Shown: positions 29,384-42,661, counted from the stretch's first letter. The stretch is DNA of 64,000 nt from an uncultured Candidatus Rokubacteria bacterium (GCA_963747235.1 CAVVEU010000040.1:160001-224000), one strand, 5' to 3'. A program made the numbers and translations. The notes: generated by a model from the sequence alone, not told the origin.

Positions 29384-31364
29384 CTCCCGAGCTCGGCTAC
29401 GCGCTGACGGTGGGCGCGCTCGTGCTGGCGCTGTACGGGGCCGGCGCCGCCGCGCTGGGCGCCTTGAAGGGCCGGCCCGAGCTGCAGGCTCTCGTCGGAG
29501 CGCGCGGCCATCGGCGTGTGGCTGCTGATCACCGCGTGCATGCTGCTGCTGGTCTACGCGTTCCTCACCTTCGACTTCTCGGTCCGCTACGTGGCCAACA
29601 ACACCAACCGCGGCACGCCCTTCTACTACCGCATCACCGCGCTCTGGGGCGCGCTCGAGGGCTCCATCATCCTCTGGGCGTGGATGCTCTCGCTCTACAC
29701 CCTGATCATGGTGGGCCGCTACCGCCGCACCCAGCCCCAGCTCTACCCGTGGGCGCTCGCGGTGATGCTCGGCATCTCCGCCTTCTTCCTCCTGGTGATG
29801 ACGATCCCGGCGCCGCCCTTCGAGCGCCTCTCGCCGATTCCCGCCGACGGCCGCGGGCTCAATCCGCTGCTGGAAGACTCCGGGATGATCACGCACCCGG
29901 TGGCGCTCTACCTCGGGTTCACCGGCTTCACGGTGCCGTTCGCCTTCGCGATGGCCGCGCTCATCGTCGGCCGCACCGGCGACGAGTGGATCACCATCAC
30001 CCGGCGCTGGACCATCATCGCCTGGTACTTCCTCTCGCTCGGCCTGCTGATCGGCGGCTGGTGGAGCTACCACGTGCTCGGGCTGGGGCGGCTACTGGGC
30101 GTGGGATCCGGTGGAGAACGCGGCCTTCATGCCGTGGCTCACCGCCACCGCGTTCCTGCACTCGGTGATGATCCAGGAGCGGCGGCGCATGCTGAAGCTC
30201 TGGAACCTGACGCTCATCATCCTGACCTTCAGCCTCACCCTGTTCGGCACCTTCCTCACCCGCTCCGGCATCATCGGCTCCGTGCACGCCTTCACCCAGG
30301 GCTCGATCGGCATCTTCTTCCTCGTGTTCCTCGCCCTGGTGCATGCTCGGCGCCTTCTCGCTGCTGGCCTGGCGGCTCGAGCGGCTGCGCGGCCAGAGCG
30401 AGCTCGACTCGATCTTCTCGCGCGAGTCCGCCTTCCTCCTGAACAACCTCTTCCTGATCGCGGCGGCCTTCACCGTGTTCTTCGGCACCGTGTTCCCGCT
30501 GCTCTCGGAGGCGGTGAAGGGCCAGAAGGTCAGCGTGGGCGCGCCGTTCTTCAACCTGGTGAACATCCCGATCTTCCTGGCCCTCATCTTCCTGATGGGC
30601 GTGGGCCCGCTGATCGCGTGGCGCCGCGCCTCCGCCGAGAACCTGCGCCGCAACTTCCTGCTGCCGGTGGTGATCGGGGTGGTGGGCGCCGCGCTCTGCC
30701 GCGCTCTTCGGCGTGGGCAATCTCCTGGTGCTGCTCTGCATGGGCCTCGTGGTGTTCGTGGCCGCCACCATCGCGCTCGACTTCTGGCGCGCCGCCCGCG
30801 CCCGCCGGCGCACCGGCGACGGCTGGCTCGACGCCACGTGGGGGCTGGCCCTGCGCCAGAACCGGCGCTACGGCGGCTTCATCGTCCACCTGGGCATCCT
30901 GGTCATCGCGCTCGGCGTGGCGGGCTCGCAGGCCTGGTCCACCCAGACCGAGGCCACCATCAACCGCGGCGCGAGCGTGGAGCTGGCCGGCTACAGCATC
31001 CGCTTCGACGACCTGCAGCCGGTGGAGGAGTCCAACCACTTCAAGGTGGTCGGCACCTTCACGGTCTCCGACCGCCGCGGCCCCTACACCGTGCTCACGC
31101 CGGCCAAGAAGTTCTACCCGCAGGAGCAGACGCCCGATCGCGGCGGTGGACTACCGCCTGGGCTTCATGGAGGACCTCTACCTCGTCCTGGGCGACTTCG
31201 CCCGCGACGGCTCCCACGCCACCGTCAAGGTGCAGATCAACCGCATGGTCTCCTGGCTCTGGATCGGCGGCCTGATCCTGACCCTGGGCGCCGCGCTCGC
31301 CATCGTGCCCGAGGCCCGGCGGACCGCGACCCGGCCGCGGCCGGATCACGCGGTCCCCGCATGA
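29380..31364 (+). CDS. ccmF: Cytochrome c synthetase/heme lyase (split)
   Basis: [51 protein letters not shown]. Confidence 0.92.
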
Positions 31365-31902
31365 GCGCGCGCTCCCGCGCGCTGCGCTGGGCGATCCCGC
31401 TCGCGGTCGTGCCGGTGCTGGCGCTGCTGGCCTACGGCTTCCGCACCGACCCGCGCGACATCCCCTCGCCGCTGGTCGGCAAGCCCGCCTCGCCCTTCGC
31501 GCTGACCACCTTCGACGGCACGCCGGTGAGCCTCGAGGCCCTGCGCGGCAAGGTCGTGGTCGTCAACTTCTGGGCCTCGTGGTGCGTGCCCGCCTGCTAC
31601 GACGAGGCGCCGAGCCTCGAGCGCGCCTGGCAGGCCTACCGGGACCGCGGCGTCATGCTGATCGGCGTCAACATCCAGGACAAGGAGGAGCCGGCCCGCC
31701 GCTTCCTCGCCCAGTTCGGTCACACGTTCCCGAACGCGCCCGATCCCGTCCGGCCGCGTCTCGGTGGACTACGGCGTCTACGGCGTCCCGGAGACGTTCT
31801 TCATCGATCGCAAGGGCCGCGTGCGCTTCAAGCAGGTCGGCGCGCGTCACCGACGAGATCATGAAGCAGCAGGTCGAGAAGCTGCTGGCGGAGCCGGCAT
31901 GA
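31361..31902 (+). CDS. ccmG: Periplasmic thiol:disulfide oxidoreductase, CcmG/TlpA family (split)
   Basis: [35 protein letters not shown]. Confidence 0.85.
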
Positions 31903-32360
31903 GCCGCGCGCTGGCCCTGACCCTGCTCCTGATCGCGGCGCTCGCGGCGGCCGCGCCGCTCGGCGCCGCGCCGGTCAGCGAGGAGACCGTGCACGAGATC
32001 GGCGCCCAGCTCCGCTGCGTGGTCTGCCAGAGCCTCTCGGTGGCCGACTCGCCGTCGGAGACCGCGAACCAGATGCGCGGCATCATCCGCGAGCGGCTGG
32101 CCGCGGGCGACTCCCCCGAGCAGGTGAAGGCCTACTTCGTCGAGAAGTACGGCCTCTGGATCCTGCTCGCCCCGCCCCGGCAGGGCTTCAACCTGCTGGT
32201 GTGGGTGGTGCCGTTCGTGGCCCTCGGCGCGGGCCTGGTGCTGGTGCTCCTGCTGGTGCGCCGCTGGAGCCGGCGGGCCGCCGACGCCAACCCCGTCCCC
32301 GCGCCGGACGCCGCGATGCGCGCGCGCATCCACCGTGAGATGGCGGAGCGCGAGCCGTGA
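31899..32360 (+). CDS. ccmH: Cytochrome c biogenesis protein CcmH
   Basis: LRCVVCQSLSVADS, YFVEKYG..ILLAPP. Confidence 0.9.
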   Translation: MSRALALTLLLIAALAAAAPLGAAPVSEETVHEIGAQLRCVVCQSLSVADSPSETANQMRGIIRERLAAGDSPEQVKAYFVEKYGLWILLAPPRQGFNLLVWVVPFVALGAGLVLVLLLVRRWSRRAADANPVPAPDAAMRARIHREMAEREP

Positions 32361-33314
32361 CCGCGCTCCAGATCACCCTGATCGCCGCGATCGTGGTGCC
32401 CGCGCTCGCGATCGTGCTGTGGCCCCTGCTCGGCGGCCGCCCCGCCGGGGCCGCGTCGTCGCCCGCGCGCGCCTCCGACGACCGCCGCCTCGAGCTGGAA
32501 GAGGAGAAGAGCGCGCTCTACCGCGCGCTGCGCGAGCTCGAGTTCGACCACGACGCGGGGCATCTCTCCGATCCCGACTTCCAGAGCCTCCGCGAGCGCT
32601 ACGAGTCCCGCGCCGGCGTGCTGATCACCGAGCTGGATGCGCTGGGGACTGTCGTACGCGGGGGCCCCGAAATGGCCCCCGCGCTCCCCCAGCCGCGGAC
32701 ACCCGTGCGTGCGCGCGCCGCGCGCCTCCTGGACCCGGCACCCGGCCACGTTCGCGGCCGGCGCGGCGGTGCTGGTGATCTTCGGCGTGATCATCGGCGT
32801 CAACGCCGGCCGCTTCACCGAGCGCGACGAGACCTTCACGCCGCCCGGCGCCCGCATCCCGGTGCCCGGCCCGCCGCCGTCGTCGCCGGTGGGGCCGCCC
32901 ATGGCCCGCCTCGAGCCGGGCAAGCCGATCCCGCCCGAGATGCTGGCCGGCATGCTGCAGGCGGCGCGCCAGAGCCTCTTCGAGGGCCGCTACTCGGAGG
33001 CCATCGCCGCCTACCAGGCCGTGCTCAAGCGCGACGAGCGCAACGTGGACGCGATGACCCACCTGGGCCTCATCGTCGCGGTCGGCGGCCACGCCGACTC
33101 CGCGCTCGAGACCTTCGACAAGGCGCTCAAGATCGACCCGAAGTACGCGCCCGCCTATCTCTACCGCGGCCAGGTGCTCTACGAGCAGAAGCAGGACTAC
33201 GCGGGCGCGGTGGCCGCGTGGGAGCGCTTCATGGCGCTGGTGCCCAAGGGCGAGGACCGCGATCGCGTCGCGGAGCTGGTGGCGCGGGCGAAGAACAAGC
33301 AGCCGCCGCGGTAG
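32357..33314 (+). CDS. ccmI: CcmI/CycH-like TPR protein (split)
   Basis: N-terminal TM, ALRELEFD..AGHLSDPDF, second TM, C-terminal TPRs. Confidence 0.75.
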
Positions 33315-33396
33315 CCATCATTCCGTCGAGGGCTCACTTGCGGGCCCTCACCTACTTCAGGTATCGTGCCGAGCAACATGCGCAGCTCCTCGCGCC

Positions 33397-34092
33397 GTGA
33401 GCCTCGCCGCGACGATGGCCCTCGCCATCGGCCTGCTCGGCCTCGTAGCGCCGCCCGCCGCCGCCGAAACCGCGCGGCATCTCGTCGACGCCGACGGCGT
33501 CGTCCACCTCACCAACGTGCCGGCGGATCCGCGCTATCGCGGCCTGCCCGGCGCGACGGGCACCACCACCGGCTGGCTGCGCCTCCCCGCTCGGTCGTTG
33601 CCGCGGTACGCGGCCGAGATCCAGGAGATCGCCCGCGAGCACGGCGTGAGCCCGGGGCTGATCACCGCGGTGATGCGCACCGAGTCGGGCTTCGACCCGG
33701 CCGCGGTGTCGCCCAAGGGCGCGGGCGGGCTCATGCAGCTCATGCCGGGGACGGCGGCGGCACTCGGCGTGGTGGACCGCTTCAACCCGCGCGAGAACAT
33801 CAGCGGGGGCGTGCGGCATCTGCGCTACCTGCTCGATCGCTACCAGGGCCGCGTGGCGCTGGCGCTGGCCGCCTACAACGCGGGGGAAGGCGTCGTGGAC
33901 ACCTACCGCGGAATCCCGCCCTACCCGGAGACGCAGCAGTACGTCCGGCGGATCCTGAAGGAGGCGGGCCTGGGCGAGGCCGCCGGCGCGACGCCGCAGA
34001 CGATCTACCGCTATCAGGGCCCCGACGACACGCTCACCTACACCAATGTTCCGCCGCCTCCGGGCCGCAGCAAGGACCGCCCGCGCCAGTAG
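33397..34092 (+). CDS. Slt-family lytic transglycosylase
   Basis: TESGFDPAAVSPKGAGGLMQLMP, ALAAYNAG, IPPYPETQQYV; DUF4124-like segments at both ends. Confidence 0.9.
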   Translation: MSLAATMALAIGLLGLVAPPAAAETARHLVDADGVVHLTNVPADPRYRGLPGATGTTTGWLRLPARSLPRYAAEIQEIAREHGVSPGLITAVMRTESGFDPAAVSPKGAGGLMQLMPGTAAALGVVDRFNPRENISGGVRHLRYLLDRYQGRVALALAAYNAGEGVVDTYRGIPPYPETQQYVRRILKEAGLGEAAGATPQTIYRYQGPDDTLTYTNVPPPPGRSKDRPRQ

Positions 34093-34241
34093 ACCTGAAG
34101 GAATTGCGGGGCAGTCGCCAGGCTGAAGAAGGATAAAGAGGGATAGCGAAGTACCCTCTCAGTGCCCTGCAGGTCCCACCCCGGACGCGCCGTTCAACGC
34201 GAAGTATCGTCTCGAGTTGGACATTCGAGGCGCCATCTGCG

Positions 34242-34257
34242 TGGCACTGGACTTGCT
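34242..34257 (+). promoter_or_regulatory. Putative sigma54 (-24/-12) promoter upstream of the T2SS operon
   Basis: TGGCAC-TGGAC-TTGCT, an exact consensus match in an intergenic region. Confidence 0.65.
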
Positions 34258-34351
34258 CTTCCGTCCAGCGCCACCGTCACGCAAACGATACAAGTATTGA
34301 AAGAAGCGAGGATTGACGACGCGTCTCCGTGGAGTAGACAATCCGGGCACC

Positions 34352-36059
<1,708 letters not shown>

Positions 36060-36125
36060 GCCCCTCATCGCCGGGCCCCTCATCGCCGGGCCCCTCACCC
36101 TGCCCTCTCCCCCGAGGGGAGAGGG
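36060..36125. repeat. 15-bp tandem repeat (GCCCCTCATCGCCGG x2.5) running into a REP-like palindrome
   Basis: Units start at 36060, 36075 and 36090 (partial). Palindromic element at 36092-36125. Confidence 0.75.
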
Positions 36126-36139
36126 TGTGGAGCGCTAGC

Positions 36140-37364
36140 GTGGCGGTGTTCGCCTACCGGGCGGCCGATCAGCGCGGGCAGACGGTGGACGGCGTGATGG
36201 AAGCGCCCGACGTGCGCGCGGTGGCCGAGCGCCTGCAGCGCGAGGCGTACTTCCCGATCAAGATCGCGCTCCAGCACCAGCGCCGCCGCGTCCTCGGGCT
36301 GGCGTGGCCGGAGATGGGCGGCCGCCGGGTGGCCGGCGGCGACCTGGTCTCGCTCACGCAGCAGCTCGCCACCCTGCTGGAGGCGGGCCTGCCGCTCGAC
36401 CGCGCGCTCGCGATCCAGGCCGAGCTGGCCCCGACCGCGCGGCTCCGCGCCATCATGGCCGACGTGCTGCGCACCGTGCGCGGGGGCAGCTCGCTCGCCG
36501 ACGCGCTCGCCAAGCACCACCCGCGCCCGTTCTCGCGCCTGTACATCAACATGGTGCGCGCGGGCGAGAAGGGCGGCGTGCTCGAGACCACGCTGCGCCG
36601 CCTGGCCGAGTTCCTGGCCGAGTCGCAGGAGTTCCGCGACGCGCTGGTCTCCGCGCTGATCTACCCCGTGCTGCTCACCGGCGTGGGCGCCGCCGCCGTC
36701 GTCTTCCTGATGACCTTCGTCATCCCGCGCTTCGCCACCATCTTCAAGGATCTCGGCGCGACGATTCCCCTGCCGACGCTGATCCTGCTCGAGATCAGCG
36801 GGGCGCTCCAGCGCTACTGGTGGCTGATCGCTCTCGTCGGGGTGGCGGGCGTGCTCGCGAGCCGGATGTTCCTGGCCACGCCGCGCGGACGCCTCGCGAG
36901 CGACCGCGCGCTCCTGCGGGTGCCGATCGTCGGGCAGGTCATCGTCAAGACCGAGGTGGCCCGCTTCACGCGGATCCTGGGCACCCTGCTCCGGAGCGGG
37001 CTCGCCGATGATCGGCGCGCTCGCCGTGGTCAAGGACATGCTCGGCAACCAGGTGCTGGCCGGCGCGGTGGACCGGCTGGGCGACGGCGCGCGGCGCGGC
37101 GCCGGCCTCGCCCAGCCGATGGCCGACTCGGGCGTCTTCCCCCCGCTCGCCATCCACATGGTGCGCGTGGGCGAGGAGACCGGCCGGCTCGAGGAGATGC
37201 TGCTCCGGGTGGCGGCCGACTTCGAGGCGGACACGCGCAAGCTGGTCAAGCGGCTCATCGCGCTCGCGGAGCCCTGCATCATCCTGGTGATGGGCGTGGT
37301 GGTGGGCTTCATCGTCGTGGCCATGCTCATGGCCATCCTCTCCGTCACCGATCTCCCCCTATGA
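36140..37364 (+). CDS. gspF: Type II secretion inner-membrane platform protein (split)
   Basis: FAYRAAD, QLATLLEAGLPL, YINMVRAGE, VGEETGRL. Confidence 0.92.
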
Positions 37365-37804
37365 AGGCCGCCATGACGCGACTCCTCCGGAACCAGCGGG
37401 GCTTCTCGCTGATCGAGCTCCTGGTCGTCATCATCATCCTGGGCCTGATCGCGGGCCTCGTCGGCCCGCGGCTCTTCGGCCGCGTCGGGCAGAGCAAGCA
37501 GGCCGCCGCGCGGGCGCAGATCGAGCTGTTCGGCGCGGCCCTCGACCAGTACCGCCTGGACGTCGGCGCCTACCCGCCGGTGGGCGCGGGGCTCCAGGCG
37601 CTGGTCCAGAACCCGAACGCGCCCAACTGGAACGGGCCCTATCTCAAGAAGCCGGCCGTCCCGCTCGATCCGTGGGGCCGCCCGTACCAGTACAAGTGCT
37701 GCCCCGGCGACCACAGCGACTACGACATCTGGACGCTCGGCGCCGACGGGGCGCCCGGGGGCGACGGCGAGAACCACGACGTCACCTCGTGGGAGACCAA
37801 GTGA
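37361..37804 (+). CDS. gspG: Major pseudopilin
   Basis: GFSLIELLVV, YRLDVGAYP, WNGPYL, DPWGRPYQY, LGADG. Confidence 0.94.
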   Translation: MKAAMTRLLRNQRGFSLIELLVVIIILGLIAGLVGPRLFGRVGQSKQAAARAQIELFGAALDQYRLDVGAYPPVGAGLQALVQNPNAPNWNGPYLKKPAVPLDPWGRPYQYKCCPGDHSDYDIWTLGADGAPGGDGENHDVTSWETK

Positions 37805-38247
37805 GCCGCGGCTACTCGCTGATGGAGCTGGTGGTGGTGCTCGCCATCCTGGCGGTGGCCACCGCGCTGGTGATCCCGGCGGTCGGCCGCACCGCGGACG
37901 AGGTGCGCGCCCGCGCCGAGGTGGCCTCCGTCGCGGCCTTCCTGCGCTCGGCGCGCGAGCAGGCCGTCACGCGCCGGCAGGCGCTCGAGGTGGTCGTGGA
38001 CCGCGACGCGCACGCGCTGCTGCTCCAGCGTCCCGCCCGCGACGGCCAGCCCGCCGCGCCGACGCGCCAGGCCTTCTCCGCGCTCCTGCGCGTCGAGGGC
38101 AGCGCGCTCTCCCCGGGCGTCACGTTCCTGCCCCACGGCATGTCGAGCGGCGCGCGCTTCGGGGTCGAGACGGTCGGGGCGCGCGCGTACGTGATCTCGG
38201 TGGACGCGCTCACCGGACGCGTGACCACGCAGCGAGTGGCGCGGTGA
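37801..38247 (+). CDS. gspH: Minor pseudopilin H
   Basis: GYSLMELVV prepilin site, VTFLPHGMSSG. Confidence 0.8.
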   Translation: MSRGYSLMELVVVLAILAVATALVIPAVGRTADEVRARAEVASVAAFLRSAREQAVTRRQALEVVVDRDAHALLLQRPARDGQPAAPTRQAFSALLRVEGSALSPGVTFLPHGMSSGARFGVETVGARAYVISVDALTGRVTTQRVAR

Positions 38248-38621
38248 AGCGCGGCTTCACGCTGCTCGAGGTGCTGGTGGCGATGACCATCCTCGGGCTC
38301 GCCATCGTCACGCTCATGCAGCTCTCCTCCCAGGGGCTGCGCCTCCTGCGCCTCTCGGACGACTACCAGCAGGCCGTGCTCGTGGCGGATCGGCTCGTCC
38401 GCACCGTGGAGGTGCCGCAGGAGGGTGTCGAGGCGGGCCAGGAGGGACCGTTCCAGTGGGAGCGCCGCGTCGCGCTCGTGCCGATGCCGGACGAGCTGAC
38501 GCCGGGCGCGGGCCCGAAGCCCCTCTTCTATTCGCTCTCGGTCGCGGTGCGATGGGGCGGTACGCGCACGTTCGAGATCGCGAGCCTCCGCACGGTGCCC
38601 GGGATCCCGGGGCAGCAATGA
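38244..38621 (+). CDS. gspI: Minor pseudopilin I
   Basis: RGFTLLEVLVAM; gene order. Confidence 0.8.
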   Translation: MKRGFTLLEVLVAMTILGLAIVTLMQLSSQGLRLLRLSDDYQQAVLVADRLVRTVEVPQEGVEAGQEGPFQWERRVALVPMPDELTPGAGPKPLFYSLSVAVRWGGTRTFEIASLRTVPGIPGQQ

Positions 38622-39227
38622 CGACGCGCGCGCGGGCGAAGGGCTTCACCCTGCTCGAGCTGCTGCTGGCGCTCGGCATCGTGGCCCTGCTGCTGGTCAT
38701 CGTGTCGGGCGGCCTGCGCGTCGGGCTGACCGCGTGGCAGCGCGGCGAGGAGCGCACCGCGAAGCTCGACCGCGCGCGGAGCCTGGTCGTCCTGCTCGAG
38801 CACGCGCTGGCCGGCGCCTTCCCCTACCGGGTCACGACCGAGACGCGAGCAGGAGCCCCGCATCCTCTTCGACGGCCGGCCGGATCGCCTGACCTTCGCC
38901 ACGCTCTCGCCGCCGCTGCCGATGGGCCCGACGACCGCGTTCAGCGCGGTCCGCTTCACCGCCGACGACGGCGGGCTCGCGCTGCGCCAGCAGGTCCTGC
39001 CGAACCGCATCGTGCTGGACCGGCTGGACCCCATGCTGGTGGACGCGCACACCACCGCCATCCGCTTCCGCTACCTGGGTCTGGACCCGGAGTCCTGGCA
39101 GGACGCGTGGGACATCACGAAGGAGGAGACCCTGCCGCGGGCGGTGGAGATCACCCTGGTCACCGGCGCCGGCGCGCGGGCCACGCAGCAGACCCTCACC
39201 GTGCCCCTCCAGGTCAACCAGCCATGA
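38618..39227 (+). CDS. gspJ: Minor pseudopilin J (split)
   Basis: KGFTLLELLLA, FRYL..WQDAW..LPRAVEI. Confidence 0.82.
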
Positions 39228-40165
39228 GGGACGAGCGCGGGGTCGCCCTGATCGTGGTGCTGCTGGTGCTGGCGCTGCTCGCGGTGGTGGTCACCGAGTC
39301 CGCCTACTCCGCGCGCCTCGAGGCCTCGATGGTGCGCTCGTACCGGGACGGCGTGGTGGCCCAGCACCTGGCCGAGGCCGGCGTGCACCAGGCCATCCGC
39401 GAGATCCTGAGCCAGGCCCAGGTCACCGCGGTGGACGGCGACGGCGCGCTCGTCTTCTACCGCTCCCTGCCCGGGCAGACGACGCCGGCGCGCGTGCCGC
39501 CGCTGCCCCGCACCCGCGTCGCGCTGGGCGCCGGAGAATTCTCCTACCGGATCAGCGACGAGGCCGCGCGGCTCGGCCTGAACGGAGCCGACACCACCCG
39601 CTTCGACCGGCTGCTGGTCGCGCTCGACGTGGACCGCCAGCAGCGCGACATCATCACCGACTCGCTGCAGGACTGGCGCGACGCCAACGAGCTGCACCGC
39701 GCCCACGGCGCCGAGAGCGATTTCTACCTGAAGCTGCCCGTGCCCTACCGCGCGCGCAACGCCAATGTCCAGGACGCGACGGAGCTGCTGCAGATCCGCG
39801 GGGTCACGCCGGAGCTCTACTTCGGCGCCGGCGCCCGGCCGGGGCTCGGCGATCTCGTCACCGCGGTCACCGCCAACGCCGTGAACCTCAACACCGCGCC
39901 GCCGCTCGTGCTCAAGGCCTACGGGCTCTCGGATGCCGAGATCGGCGACGTGGTGCAGACGCGCGTGCGGGCGCCCTACCCGATGGTGCCGGGGCGCTTC
40001 GCGGGGCGCGGCTTCACGGTGGGGAGCGGCACGTTCCGGATCGAGGCCGAGGGCCTGGTGGGCGGCATCGCGCGCAGCCGGATCGTCGCGGTGGTGCGGC
40101 GCGGGCGGCCGGGCCGCGTGCTGGATCTGACCGTCGTCTCCTGGCGGCCGGGAGCCGCGTCATGA
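39224..40165 (+). CDS. gspK: Minor pseudopilin K
   Basis: ERGVALIVVL, AEAGV, DSLQDWRD, ELLQIRGVT, VNLNTAP. Confidence 0.88.
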   Translation: MRDERGVALIVVLLVLALLAVVVTESAYSARLEASMVRSYRDGVVAQHLAEAGVHQAIREILSQAQVTAVDGDGALVFYRSLPGQTTPARVPPLPRTRVALGAGEFSYRISDEAARLGLNGADTTRFDRLLVALDVDRQQRDIITDSLQDWRDANELHRAHGAESDFYLKLPVPYRARNANVQDATELLQIRGVTPELYFGAGARPGLGDLVTAVTANAVNLNTAPPLVLKAYGLSDAEIGDVVQTRVRAPYPMVPGRFAGRGFTVGSGTFRIEAEGLVGGIARSRIVAVVRRGRPGRVLDLTVVSWRPGAAS

Positions 40166-41495
40166 TGCCCGGGCGCATCGGCCTCTTCCTGGACAATGGC
40201 CGGCTCACCGTGGTCGGCCTGGCCGGCCGCGACCAGGTCGAGCACTTCGTCGTCGAGGACGCGGAGGACCCGGCGGCCACCCTCGCGGCGGAGCTGCAGG
40301 CGCGCGGCCTCACGGGCCGCTACATCCGTGTGGGCCTCGATCGGCGGCTGGCCGTGGTCAAGGCGATCGAGCTGCCGCGCGCGGCCGGCAGCGACATCGG
40401 CGCGATGGTCGGCTTCGATCTCGAGCGGCACGTGCCGTTCCCGCCCGAGGGCGTCCGGTTCGACTGGGTCGAGCTGCCGGGCGGCCCCGACGAGCCGCAT
40501 CACGTGCTGATCGTGGCGGCCGAGCGACGGACGGTGGAGCGACCGCTCGGGCTGCTGGCCGCCGCCCATCGCCGCCCGGCCGCCGTGGTCGTGGCCTGCC
40601 ACGAGCTGCCCGCCCTGCTCGGCCGTGAGGCGCCGACCGCGCGCGCGGTCTGGGCGCACCGCAACGGCGACGCCACCGACCTGCTCTTCCTCGACGGGCG
40701 CCGCCTGCTCATGAGCCGCCGCGTGACGGCCGGCGACCACCGAGCGACCTGGCGCGGGAGATCCGGCGCAGCCTGGCCATGGTGCGCTGGAGCGACTGCG
40801 AGGCGGTCTGGCTCTCCGGCAGCGACGCCGAGGCCGAGATCCCCGACCTGGCCGCACTCATGGGCGTCCCGGTCTCCGCGCCCCCGTACGCCGCGGACCG
40901 GGCCGCGCTCGTCGCCGCCCTGCCGCCGGAGGCGCAGGGCCCGGCGCTCCTCGCGCTCGCGGTCGCGGTGGGCCCGCGGAGCCCCGCGCTCAACCTGCTC
41001 CCGGCGGAGGCGCGGCTCTGGACCCCCTCGCGCGAGCAGCTCGTGACCGCGGGGATCATCGGGGTGACCGCGCTCCTCGGGCTCGCCCTGGCTCTCACCC
41101 ACGTGATCAAAACCGAGCGCCATCTCGATCGTCTCGCCCAGGAGATCCGCCGGCTCGATCCGGAGGTGAAGGCGGTCGAGCGGCTGGCCGCCGAGCTCGG
41201 CCAGAAGCGGCGGGTCCTGGCCGCGCTGCAGGCGGCGCAGGACGGCCGGATCCCCGCGCTGCCGGTCCTGCGCGAGCTGACCGAGACCCTGCCCCAGGGC
41301 GCCTGGCTACAGGGGTTGACCCTGGATCGCCAGGGGGTCGAGCTGGTGGGCCAGTCCGACGCGGCGAGCGCCCTGATCCCCCTGCTCGAGGCCACGGCCC
41401 GCCTGGAGCGGGTGGAGTTCACCTCGCCGGTGACCAAGACCCAGAACAAGGAGCAGTTCCGGCTCCGGGCGATCTGGGAGACCCGGGAGCGTTAG
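40162..41495 (+). CDS. gspL: GspL/PilM-PilN-like assembly protein (split)
   Basis: Actin-like N-terminal part (LERHVPFP), LNLLP, TM, coiled coil, LRELTETLP. Confidence 0.7.
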
Positions 41496-41496
41496 A

Positions 41497-42085
41497 ATGC
41501 CGAGCCTCAGCCCCCGGGAGCGTATCGTCGTCGGAGCCGGAGCGGCCATCGCCTTGGTGGTCGGCGGCTACCTCATGATCGTCGAGCCCATCATGACTCG
41601 CGCCCGTACCGCGGAGGCTACCGTGCCCTCACGTGAGGAAATCCTCGAGCGTCGCCGGGACCAGATCCGGCAGCAGGCGCGCCTGGCCGCGGAGCTCGCC
41701 GCCGTCAACGCGCGGCTGGAGGCCGAATCGGGGCGCCTGCTGCGGGGGCCCGACCGCGCCGCTGGCCGCCTCCGAGCTCCAGCAGCTCGTCAAGGAGCTG
41801 CTGGGCGACGCGGGCGTCGAGGTCCGGAGCGAGCGCGTGCTGCCCGCGTCGGATCTGCAAGGGCTCCAGGAGGTCTCCATCGAGCTGGCCGTCATGGGCA
41901 GCATCCGGGACACCGTGACCGCGCTCTCTCGCCTGGAGCGCACTCCGCAGCTCCTGGCGCTGAAGGACGTGAAGATCCGGGTGGTGGCGGTCGGGCAGCC
42001 GCGCGAGCTGCTGACCACCGTCGTCATCGCCGGCTATCTCCTGCCCGGGCCGGCGGCGGCCAAGCCCGCGGCCAAGAGCGACTAG
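41497..42085 (+). CDS. gspM: GspM/PilO-like protein (split)
   Basis: LSPRER, TM, coiled coil, ASELQ; gene order. Confidence 0.7.
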
Positions 42086-42088
42086 CCC

Positions 42089-42661
42089 GTGTCGCGACGC
42101 CGGCTCGCCGTCAACGTGCTGGTGGGGCTCCTCGGCTGCCTCTTCGCCGCCGGGGTGGTCCGCGAGCTGCTCACGCCGCTGCGCCTCCCGCCGCCCTCGG
42201 CGCCGCGCGCGGCTCAGCCCGTCCGCGTGGCGCCGCCGGCCCCCGCGCCGCCCGCCGCCGCGGCGTCGTACGCGGTCGTCGCGTCCCGCAACCTCTTCAG
42301 CCCGACACGCTCCGAGGCCGCCGCCGGCCCCGCGGTCGCCGCGGGCCCGAAGCCGTACCTGCACGGCGTCGTCATGAATGGCGTGAAGAGCCGCGCGTTC
42401 CTGGAGGATCCGGTGGCCAAGCGCACGTTCGGCTACTCGGTCGGCGACACCGTCGCCGGCGGTCGCGTGCAGTCCATCAGCGCCGACCGCGTGATCATCG
42501 CCCGGCCCGACGGGCTGCTCGAGGTCCTGCTCCAGGATCCCGCCAAGCCCAGGCCCGCGCCCACGGCACCCGCCGCCGTGCCGGCTGCCGGCGCACCGGC
42601 GGCCGGGACACCGGCCGCCCGGCGGATCCCGGGCGCGGCGCCGGAAAGCGAGCAGCGATGA
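42089..42661 (+). CDS. GspC-like protein
   Basis: N-terminal TM, SRNLFSPTR, LHGVV, YSVGDTV; directly before the secretin. Confidence 0.6.
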   Translation: MSRRRLAVNVLVGLLGCLFAAGVVRELLTPLRLPPPSAPRAAQPVRVAPPAPAPPAAAASYAVVASRNLFSPTRSEAAAGPAVAAGPKPYLHGVVMNGVKSRAFLEDPVAKRTFGYSVGDTVAGGRVQSISADRVIIARPDGLLEVLLQDPAKPRPAPTAPAAVPAAGAPAAGTPAARRIPGAAPESEQR

